Of a stretch of 64,000 bases of DNA, positions 19,785 through 27,447 are shown one piece after another. The DNA lies in the NCBI GenBank assembly GCA_002869165.1, contig PKTK01000001.1:29006-93005 (forward strand). The letters run 5' to 3'. A program made the position numbers and the translations under genes. The notes below the pieces were generated by a model. That model ran no database searches, was not told the origin of the DNA, and was given only the letters and a program-made list of their open reading frames with translations. This DNA is from Candidatus Parcubacteria bacterium (GTDB taxonomy: Bacteria; Patescibacteriota; Patescibacteriia; Patescibacteriales; UBA12075). The number at the start of each line of letters is the position of its first letter. The first letter of the stretch is position 1.

Positions 19785-20461
19785 ACTATCATAATTAAAC
19801 GAGGGCTATTAATTGAATAGTCACTAAAATTATAATCACCAATAATTAATTTAATTGATAGGCTTGCTAGTTTAAACCATTCTTCCCACATCATTAAAAC
19901 GGGATATTGAACACGAATACCAGTTTTTTTATCGATTAATTCCAATTTTTTTACATCAAATTTGTAATTTGATTTTGGATTATTTTGTAAATAGAATAAG
20001 ATCCGGAAAAAATTATCAGTATCTAAAAGCAGTGAGCCACCAATTTTTAAGTTTTTGCTAATTGATAAGATTGATTTAGGTATATTAATGCCTGCTAAGT
20101 CTGAAAAAAACCAAAAAGCTTTACTATACTTATCTTGTAAATTTAATTTTTCAATGTTTGCATTGTAATAATTTGGAATGACTATTTCTTGCGCTTTTGC
20201 ATTTTTTTTGGCAATATTGAGTAAGTGTTGCGAGAAGTCAACTCCGTCAACCTTATATCCTTTTTTTGCCAAAGTATTTGTATGACGCCCTTGTCCGCAA
20301 GCTATATCTAAAATATTATCTGTTTTTTTTAGATTAAGAGCTTTTACAAGAAATTTGATATCCTTGTTGATGTTTGCAGATTTCAAAAAAGATTCATGAT
20401 CTTTTAAATAATCTCCTTTTTCTCCATAATATAGAGATAGCCGCTTTTTTGTATTTGACAT
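19769..20461 (-). CDS. Class I SAM-dependent methyltransferase
   Basis: Motif I ILDIACGQGRHT and an overall Rossmann-fold pattern. Confidence 0.75.
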   Translation of the reverse strand: MSNTKKRLSLYYGEKGDYLKDHESFLKSANINKDIKFLVKALNLKKTDNILDIACGQGRHTNTLAKKGYKVDGVDFSQHLLNIAKKNAKAQEIVIPNYYNANIEKLNLQDKYSKAFWFFSDLAGINIPKSILSISKNLKIGGSLLLDTDNFFRILFYLQNNPKSNYKFDVKKLELIDKKTGIRVQYPVLMMWEEWFKLASLSIKLIIGDYNFSDYSINSPRLIMIVKKTA

Positions 20462-20802
20462 ATTTATTGATGATTTAAATAATTTATCTATACTAGTTGA
20501 TTATAATATATATTATAATCATTAATGTCTATAATTACAAATAAATATGCATATCAGAAAAATTTTGAACGGAATATTGTGTTTTTTGAAATTTTATATA
20601 TTATTATTAACTTTTTTCAATAATGTTGGGATATAAATATCTTTTGAATTAATAATTTCAGTTCTAACACTGTCCACGATCCCGTGCAAATGAAACAACT
20701 GGCTTTTCGCCAGTTTTTTTATTTGGATGAGTGGTAGGTAGAGAAGATACTTTGATTATACATTTCAAAACTATAAAATAATAATATATATTAAAATCAA
20801 TA

Positions 20803-22518
20803 TTAAAATATACCCTTCGTTAATACTTGAGGGAGTGGGAGTTCCCTCCCTTCGATTCCTACCGCCCGTGCACTTAAGGATTTAGCTTTGATTAAATCCG
20901 AAGAAACCTCGAAAGGTAGTGACAATTTAGGGGTTCCATTAACTATTTCTTGATAGGTTGGCATACCATCGAAAACGAACTCGAAAAGGGTTCGTTTTTC
21001 GTTTACATTTTCGCTATCTTTAAGCATTTCTCCTGGGTGTTCCATTATATTTTTGGCGTATTTTATAAAAGCTCTAATGTCATCTTCTGATATTTCTACT
21101 TTTGTTCTTTGTTTTGTAGCATTTTTAATTTGAAATTCAATTTTTTCAATTTTTTCTTCAAGCATAATTTTTGCTGTGTCACTTTTTGTTGTTAGTAGTG
21201 TGTCCAGTGCTTGAGCTTGCTCAATTTTTAGTTGCGAAACATTATTACTAATTTGTGCGGAATATAATGTTATCTCTTTTTGTCTTTTTCGGTATTTCAA
21301 AATTAGCTCTTCTTCAAGTAGTTTTAGAAATTTGGGACGGAATTTAATACTATAAATATATTTTTCGATATTACTTTCAAAGTCTTTTTTGCTATATCCA
21401 TGATATTCGTGATTTCTTGAGCAGTGGTATGTTGGAAATCTACGACCAGTTTTACCTTTGGGGGAGCTAGCCAAGAAAGGTTTATTACATTTTTCACATA
21501 ATACAAATTTGTAGGGAAAGAGTGGGTTATGTTTGCTTCTTTTCAATCTGATTTTATTTGATTGTTGATTATATAAAATTTCAAACTCATTTTCCGCAGT
21601 TTCTTTAATCAAAACCTTTCCTCTGTTAGCTTTGTTGAAAGTTTCGATACTAATCAATCCATCGAATTTTGCTCTGACAGGTTTGTTTGCCATTTTATGC
21701 GAAATGATTCCACAATATATTGGTCTTTGAACTATGGATTGAAGTTGTTTTATGGTTAACAATTTACCACCTCTTTTACCAATAGGTTTATCTTGTGCCT
21801 TGTTCCATTTAATTCTTTCTATACTCTTAAACCCTAAAGCATTTATTTTATCAACTATCTTTTGGTCTTCATAGTTTCCACTTGCTCTCATTTCAAACAT
21901 TTTTATGTAGAATTGCGCTCTTTCAGTATTTTGCACAAGAATACTTTTTTTCTTACCACCGAAGCGCATTTTTTTAATAATAAACCCATCAGGGTTATGG
22001 CCAATATGGAAACCCTCTCGAACCAGCTCAATTTCACGCCCAATTGTTCTAGTTAAAATATCTCTTACTTCTTGTTTTTTATTTTCTGCCATTACTACCT
22101 CAGTTGTGTCGCTTGAAGAATACCTGCTCCAGTCATATTCGACACCTAAATGTTCAAGGGCATTTCTTTGAGGTTGAATAATACCCATACTGTCAATCAG
22201 TTCGACTTTATATTCTCTTAACTCCTTTTTGATTTGTTCATATTTTCCAGTGCCCGCCCTTGTTATTCTGCCAATTTCTCTAACTATTAGGTAATCTACT
22301 TTACCAGAGTTTTGTTTTAAGAATTTCATTATCTCTCCATCAAAAATTTGTCTATATCCTTTTCTTCCAGAGAAAGGTTCTTTGTATACTTTAATTATTT
22401 CCCAGTCGTTGTTTTCAGCTATGTTTCGGCAAATATTTTCTTGAGCATCAAGGCTCTCTCCTTGTTGTGATTGGGTTGGAGTTGAAACCCTGCAATAGAT
22501 GATGCATTTTTTTGACAT
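20803..22518 (-). CDS. Large serine recombinase (integrase)
   Basis: N-terminal resolvase domain IIYCRVSTPTQ..GESLDAQ, a recombinase domain, a Zn ribbon CEKCNKPF...YHC, and a coiled-coil C-terminus. Confidence 0.9.
   Translation of the reverse strand: MSKKCIIYCRVSTPTQSQQGESLDAQENICRNIAENNDWEIIKVYKEPFSGRKGYRQIFDGEIMKFLKQNSGKVDYLIVREIGRITRAGTGKYEQIKKELREYKVELIDSMGIIQPQRNALEHLGVEYDWSRYSSSDTTEVVMAENKKQEVRDILTRTIGREIELVREGFHIGHNPDGFIIKKMRFGGKKKSILVQNTERAQFYIKMFEMRASGNYEDQKIVDKINALGFKSIERIKWNKAQDKPIGKRGGKLLTIKQLQSIVQRPIYCGIISHKMANKPVRAKFDGLISIETFNKANRGKVLIKETAENEFEILYNQQSNKIRLKRSKHNPLFPYKFVLCEKCNKPFLASSPKGKTGRRFPTYHCSRNHEYHGYSKKDFESNIEKYIYSIKFRPKFLKLLEEELILKYRKRQKEITLYSAQISNNVSQLKIEQAQALDTLLTTKSDTAKIMLEEKIEKIEFQIKNATKQRTKVEISEDDIRAFIKYAKNIMEHPGEMLKDSENVNEKRTLFEFVFDGMPTYQEIVNGTPKLSLPFEVSSDLIKAKSLSARAVGIEGRELPLPQVLTKGIF
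20851..20872 (+). repeat. Diverged copy (20/22) of the tRNA-Trp 3' end, lying inside the recombinase gene 3' end
   Basis: ttcgaTtcctaCcgcccgtgca versus ttcgaatcctagcgcccgtgca. A further degenerate copy ends in cccgtgcaaa at 20681-20690. Confidence 0.7.
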
Positions 22519-22640
22519 ATATTTATTATAAAAATTAGTAAAATAAAGGGAGCAGTAACCTGCTCGAACCCAACATCCTCACGAAGAGTTGTTGAAGCGG
22601 TACTGCTCCCATATATCAAAACGACAATGAGTCGCTATGA

Positions 22641-22931
22641 CTAAAATAAATCTTCGTGAATTATTGATGTTGGGTTCAAGTTAATAGTAACAAATAAAGT
22701 GATTTTTATCAATTTTGTACTATTGTTATTTTTCTTTTTTTCTACCCACTTATCAAATATAACATCTGCACATCCTTCGAGTACGTAATGCAATGATTTG
22801 ATATCCTCGTCAGAAAGGGATTTTCCCTCAGAGCCGAGTATGCTTCTGATTTTTGATATCGACATCATGATTGTGAGGTTAAATTTGTAGTTTTTTTCAA
22901 AGGTAGAGTGGACTTTTTTCCATTTACCCAA
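22641..22931 (-). CDS. Hypothetical small protein of the mobile element (true start possibly at the internal MMSISK)
   Basis: ORF only. Overlaps the next gene. Confidence 0.35.
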   Translation of the reverse strand: MGKWKKVHSTFEKNYKFNLTIMMSISKIRSILGSEGKSLSDEDIKSLHYVLEGCADVIFDKWVEKKKNNNSTKLIKITLFVTINLNPTSIIHEDLF

Positions 22932-23254
22932 ACAGGACGTCTATTTGCCCATAATTTTTGATGAGCAGGACTTTTCCCGTTCCTGTAGGGGTAAAGTGGG
23001 CAGTCACTAAAACTACATTGTCTGACATCTTGTGCGCTACCTTCCCCACAATCCAGGCAACGCGTCTTTATCTTTTTTATAACGGACCCCTTTATTGTTT
23101 TTCTACCCATTCGAAACGGGTACAGTGAACAGGAACCGCTAGTGCACTTGTTAATCGCCTTGGTACTGCCGTTACAGCACCAAAGACAGTATTGCCTAAC
23201 ACTTTTCGTGGGTGGAAGAATGTTAGTTTGTTCCTTTTTGGTCTCTTCGGTCAT
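22865..23254 (-). CDS. Cys-rich protein with duplicated C..C..x..C....C.LYP(F/Y)R.G(R/K) module
   Basis: QYCLWCCNGSTKAINKCTSGSCSLYPFRMGR and TRCLDCGEGSAQDVRQCSFSDCPLYPYRNGK. Start taken at MTEETKK. Confidence 0.55.
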   Translation of the reverse strand: MTEETKKEQTNILPPTKSVRQYCLWCCNGSTKAINKCTSGSCSLYPFRMGRKTIKGSVIKKIKTRCLDCGEGSAQDVRQCSFSDCPLYPYRNGKSPAHQKLWANRRPVWVNGKKSTLPLKKTTNLTSQS

Positions 23255-24323
23255 AGTAATACTTCGATAAATCAATTGGTTGAAATTCTTTTAGTTGTTT
23301 TTCAATTTCAACCAAGAAATTATCATTATTATTTATTATTGTTTTATTTAGTTTGTTTATATCTACTTTGATTCTTTGCCACCTACCTTGCGGATAACTT
23401 TCTTTGAGTTGACTTGCAAGACCGCCTATTCCGTCTTCGCTATTTATAATTGTGAGTAAGCCAGTCAAATAAATAGCCTTCTTCATTTTTGGCTTCATGG
23501 CTAAAATAATATTTTTTAATGTATTCAGAGTAGTGTCTTGTGTAATTGGTGGGCGCCCCTTAATTACGTAGTCATTCCAAAAGGTTAGTACAACTAATTT
23601 ACAGAGTTGTTCGTTAAATACATCTCTTAGTATTGGGTTTTTCTGATATCCAAGTCTTTTAAGTATTGAATTTAACTTTCTCTTTTTAATTAACCTTGCC
23701 TCAATGCGAAGAATATTTATATTTGGTAAGGCTATTTTGGGCTTAAGTTTATCAATTGAACGTATTTTTGATTTCACCATGTCAGCCATTTTGTCGTACA
23801 ATACCAATTCATGGCTAGAGGCGTGAAATTGTAATGACTCACCGTTATTTGTATAACTTTTTCGATTGACATCAAGTCTCATAGGGTTTTCGTTTTTGCT
23901 CAGCTCCCTGATTATTTCTTGTGGTTTTATATTTTTCAAAAAAATATTTTTTGATGCATGCAGAGATATAACATCTGCGTTTATTAAGTTTTTACTGTTT
24001 ACTATCACCCCCATCTCATTTAACCTTGTAATTAACTTACGTATTAAATCTTCAAAATAAGTGTTATCAAGTTCGCTTAAATTTTCCCCGAAGATTATTT
24101 TGGGGGCAGAAAATTCTACTATCAAATTATAATTCCGTCCTTGTTTACAGATTGTGACTTTCGGGTAATAGTAAAATAACTTTTTACTCCTTGCATAAGT
24201 ATTTATATAGGAATAGTAACCAGCAGGATTATTCTCCATTGCTAGTTTAGTGGTGTTGAAAGACATATAATCCGAAACAATGTATTTGTCTCTTGATATT
24301 AAAATTTTGATTGTATCTATCAT
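23223..24323 (-). CDS. Putative replication initiator (phage gpII/CRI-like), tentative
   Basis: LIVEFSAPKIIFGENLSEL resembles the Kf-x-G-x-N motif of gpII-type Rep proteins. Start taken at MIDTIKIL. No search was run. Confidence 0.35.
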   Translation of the reverse strand: MIDTIKILISRDKYIVSDYMSFNTTKLAMENNPAGYYSYINTYARSKKLFYYYPKVTICKQGRNYNLIVEFSAPKIIFGENLSELDNTYFEDLIRKLITRLNEMGVIVNSKNLINADVISLHASKNIFLKNIKPQEIIRELSKNENPMRLDVNRKSYTNNGESLQFHASSHELVLYDKMADMVKSKIRSIDKLKPKIALPNINILRIEARLIKKRKLNSILKRLGYQKNPILRDVFNEQLCKLVVLTFWNDYVIKGRPPITQDTTLNTLKNIILAMKPKMKKAIYLTGLLTIINSEDGIGGLASQLKESYPQGRWQRIKVDINKLNKTIINNNDNFLVEIEKQLKEFQPIDLSKYYYDRRDQKGTN

Positions 24324-24452
24324 TTTCGTAAAAATAAAAATGCCATCGTGGGGACAATGACGTTCGGTAAACGTCACCAGATATAAATATCTGACACGAA
24401 AGCATTTTTATTTACCGAATGTTTTTTGTACTTTATTTTTCTTCAAGCAAAC

Positions 24453-24517
24453 AAAAAAGCCCGAAGAAAAAACACTTAGGCAGTATGATTTTGCCTAATT
24501 CTACTTTTTCTTCGGGC
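24453..24517 (-). terminator. Long hairpin terminator downstream of 24671..25306
   Basis: gcccgaagaaaaa / tttttcttcgggc arms with an inner hairpin, and a T-run on the minus strand. Confidence 0.7.
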
Positions 24518-24670
24518 TATTGCCCGTAATAAATACTTCTTAGATTAAATTGTTACTTTCATTATAGCACAAGTCCCTTTTTCGTTTACGGACGGTCCTG
24601 ACTTCCTGATAATTCTCGCAGAACTGCGGGTGTTTCAGAAGAACATAAATCATAAATAATGTGGCTTTGT

Positions 24671-25306
24671 CTAAATATTGTGGTTAAGAAGCATTGCGTG
24701 TGCACTAGCTAATGCTTCTTTGTTGTTGAACACCTCCTTCTGCCAAGCTTCATATTCACTCATAAGGACTTGTCCTTTTCGGGTGGGGTGCCCCGCATGG
24801 TACATACGTTGAATTTGCTCACGCTTATTGGCTAGCTTAGTCAGCTTGTGCATGATATATACCAAGCCATTCAAGCTTTGTTTATTTATTCTAGTACTTT
24901 CATAAGTGATACGGGAGCAAGTACGACACTTAAATGAATTTTGGCCTTTTGTTAGGTACAAAACTGAAGCATTACGTCCGCATCCACATTCGAAATAGGG
25001 TCGGACACCAAAGGTTGCCACTGATTCACTCAGTATAATCTCTTGCTTAATATTTTGCCTGTTGGTATAGCTCAAAACTATCAGCTTGGGGGTATTGTTC
25101 AAATCAACATTGAAAATTAAGTTTAATCTCTCATTGTTCTTCTTAAGGTTTATATACCCAGAAGAGCCTACAAGCTCCCCAGCCTCACGACTTAAAAAAT
25201 ATAAGTTCTCATTTTTAATTTTATTGCTTGGAAGCAAAAGACCTCTGCCAAAGTGGGAGAGAGTTAATTTGAATGATTGTTCAGCTAAATATGTTTTTTG
25301 TTTCAT
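24671..25306 (-). CDS. Hypothetical protein with a CxC...CxxC zinc-ribbon-like centre
   Basis: FECGCGRNASVLYL...FKCRTCSRITY. No family recognised. Confidence 0.5.
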   Translation of the reverse strand: MKQKTYLAEQSFKLTLSHFGRGLLLPSNKIKNENLYFLSREAGELVGSSGYINLKKNNERLNLIFNVDLNNTPKLIVLSYTNRQNIKQEIILSESVATFGVRPYFECGCGRNASVLYLTKGQNSFKCRTCSRITYESTRINKQSLNGLVYIMHKLTKLANKREQIQRMYHAGHPTRKGQVLMSEYEAWQKEVFNNKEALASAHAMLLNHNI

Positions 25307-25400
25307 AGTGCATGGAATATTTTTGTTATATATATCTTAACACAAGTCCCTATTGTTAGATTAAAAAACAAGGTTCGGAAATCTGAAAAACATTGAAAAT

Positions 25401-25528
25401 TTATGTCGAAATTAGATGATTTGGTGAATTTTTTTGATAATTTTTAATAAAAACGACATTTTTTATGTCGAAATATCGTTACTTTTTGTCTTTTGCGTAA
25501 ACAAAATGACAATAAAATAGTCGAAAAT
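25401..25528. repeat. Iteron-like short repeats in the divergent intergenic region of the element
   Basis: ttatgtcgaaat at 25401 and 25463, and tagtcgaaaat at 25518. A cgacat/atgtcg palindrome lies at 25453-25470. Confidence 0.45.
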
Positions 25529-25895
25529 ACAAGAAAATTCTTAGAAAAATTACAAAAACACCTAAAAGCGACAGTCCCTAGCCACTGCACTGTTAGTGAA
25601 TTCTTAAAGTTTTCACGAGCGTGCGTGAGTACCTAACGTACCACCTTAATTGAACCATTGGAGTCCCAACCAGAACACCCCCCCCAATCGAATTCGCTAT
25701 TCTACAACCTTACTGCTACCACTTAACTTGAGCTGACTGTATGCACTTACCATAAGATGTCAAGTACAGCTATTATCATCGAGTCATAAATATTAAATCA
25801 ATCTTAAAACATTTCTTTTGATTGATTTTTTTATTAACTAATTTATGACCCGAGTAAGTCGATAAACTGCTTTTTTATTATTAAGTAAAAAACTT

Positions 25896-26177
25896 ATGAA
25901 ATCATCTTATCGCAACAGCGAGAAAACCCGTGAATTGGTTAAGGCTCAGCTCGAAGAAAGATTCGGTCCTGAGATTGCCAGTTCATACGACCCATTCACT
26001 AATGTTATGACAATGCGTGATTGGAATAAGTACGGCTACAGGATTAAGAAAGGCGAGAAAGCCTTGAAGTCCGTAACCATGGTTGAGAAAAAGGACCAGA
26101 ATGGCGAAGTGATTAAACGCTATCCCAAGAGAGTCTGTCTCTTCCATGAAATCCAATGCGAAAAAGTCGGCAACTAA
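25896..26177 (+). CDS. Small protein with an ArdC-N-like ssDNA-binding motif, tentative
   Basis: MRDWNKYGYRIKKGEKAL resembles the W..lGr.VkKGEk motif. Confidence 0.3.
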   Translation: MKSSYRNSEKTRELVKAQLEERFGPEIASSYDPFTNVMTMRDWNKYGYRIKKGEKALKSVTMVEKKDQNGEVIKRYPKRVCLFHEIQCEKVGN

Positions 26178-26201
26178 GCCGACTTTTTCGTCTGTAATCA
26201 T

Positions 26202-26360
26202 ATGACTCAACTTTGTATAGATGACGCCTTTGAGTTTAATCGGCTCATGCGCCAACAAACATGCAATCATCTTTACTTGGATGTGCCGAGTATAGATTGG
26301 GAGCGTGACGAAATTTATCATTCTCGTATCTGTGTTAAATGCGGTTACGAAGAAATTTAA
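26202..26360 (+). CDS. 52-aa Cys-containing small ORF (not in the track)
   Basis: MTQLCIDDAF...RICVKCGYEEI. Fills the gap between two genes. Confidence 0.3.
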   Translation: MTQLCIDDAFEFNRLMRQQTCNHLYLDVPSIDWERDEIYHSRICVKCGYEEI

Positions 26361-26377
26361 TTTACTAAATCAAATTT

Positions 26378-27121
26378 ATGGAAATTCAAAACGAAGCAGT
26401 AACTCAACTGCACCAAGTCAAGCCAGTATTATCTTCACCACTTGTTATGCCAGTTGTTGATAATCATAAAATACTTGAGGCATGGCGCAACTTCAACGAG
26501 CTAAAGATGAAGCTCCTTGAAGACTCCGATTTTATAATCCTCAAGGGAGAAAAATATGCCAAGAAGTCAGCTTTCAGGAAATTGGCTTTTGCCTTCGGGA
26601 TATCGTGCGAAATCAAGAGGGAAGAGCGGGTAGAACTTGATGATGGCTATGCCTATGAAATCACCATGCGCTCCTCATCACCATCTGGGAGATTCATGAC
26701 CTCCGTGGCCAGTTGTCATTCCAACGAACGACATTTCAGCAAAGACTCTGATGTGAGAGCTATCGCCCAAACCAGGGCAACGAACCGAGCTGTGGCGGAC
26801 CTCATTGGCTGGAGCGCTCCAAGTGCAGAAGAGATGATGACTGAATTACCAGAGCCAGATGAAAGGCCTACTCATGAAGCTACTCCGAACAATTGGTTTG
26901 AAAAGATAATCAGTAATCCAGAAAATCGTCCAGTTCGCACCGAAGAGCAAATCGCAAGTCGACTGCTATCATCCAAACAACGTTCACTTCTCATCAGTCT
27001 TATCGGGGAGAAAATCCACGACCCAGAAGAGCGAGAGAATCAACTCGCCATGGTTGATAGTCTGAGTAAGGGAGAAGCTCATCAGCTCATCTCCGACATG
27101 TTAACTAAAAAATATAACTAA
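26378..27121 (+). CDS. Phage/plasmid-type protein, possibly a single-strand annealing (Rad52/ERF-like) protein
   Basis: KSAFRKLAFAFGIS and AIAQTRATNRAVADLIGW motifs. Assignment tentative. Confidence 0.3.
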   Translation: MEIQNEAVTQLHQVKPVLSSPLVMPVVDNHKILEAWRNFNELKMKLLEDSDFIILKGEKYAKKSAFRKLAFAFGISCEIKREERVELDDGYAYEITMRSSSPSGRFMTSVASCHSNERHFSKDSDVRAIAQTRATNRAVADLIGWSAPSAEEMMTELPEPDERPTHEATPNNWFEKIISNPENRPVRTEEQIASRLLSSKQRSLLISLIGEKIHDPEERENQLAMVDSLSKGEAHQLISDMLTKKYN

Positions 27122-27126
27122 ATAGA

Positions 27127-27160
27127 TTAAGGCAGTGGCTTTATTGCCACTGCCTTAATT
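27127..27160 (+). terminator. Hairpin terminator
   Basis: ttaaggcagtggc / gccactgccttaa 13-bp arms. Confidence 0.6.
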
Positions 27161-27174
27161 CTGTGTGAAAAAAT

Positions 27175-27339
27175 ATGATTGATTTAATTTGTTTTGTATT
27201 TGTGTGGCTTATAGCCATTATGCCTTTTCTTTGGTTGGCTCATAAAGAAGTAAAGGAGGAGGAAGAGAGGAGAGAGAAGTTTTTGGCTTTTCTTAGGCGG
27301 TTTAGGGATGGGCTTGAAAAGCAAAATCGTGGCAAGTAA
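27175..27339 (+). CDS. 54-aa single-TM small protein (not in the track)
   Basis: MIDLICFVFVWLIAIMPFLWLAHKEVKEEEERREKF... Confidence 0.3.
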   Translation: MIDLICFVFVWLIAIMPFLWLAHKEVKEEEERREKFLAFLRRFRDGLEKQNRGK

Positions 27340-27447
27340 TCTTAGCGATTTTATTTACGTTTTGCCTTGATTTTTTTTGTATAAAATGTTACTTTAAACT
27401 TGACAAGTTATTAGTTAAAGACCGTATTAGGATTTTATACGTATATT

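Noticed and set aside
20821-20872. Second tRNA gene suggested by the TTCGATTCC...CCGCCCGTGCA T-arm/acceptor-like sequence.
   Set aside because: The upstream sequence cannot form T, anticodon or D stems. It is only a 3'-end fragment (att-type remnant) and lies inside the recombinase ORF.
22548-22610. 63-nt structure with 10-bp terminal stem (gggagcagta/tactgctccc) containing GGGTTCGAGC, considered as a tRNA-like element or attP.
   Set aside because: It does not fold into a cloverleaf. On the minus strand it is followed by a T-rich tract directly downstream of gene 22641..22931. It is best explained as a terminator or attenuator ahead of the recombinase gene.
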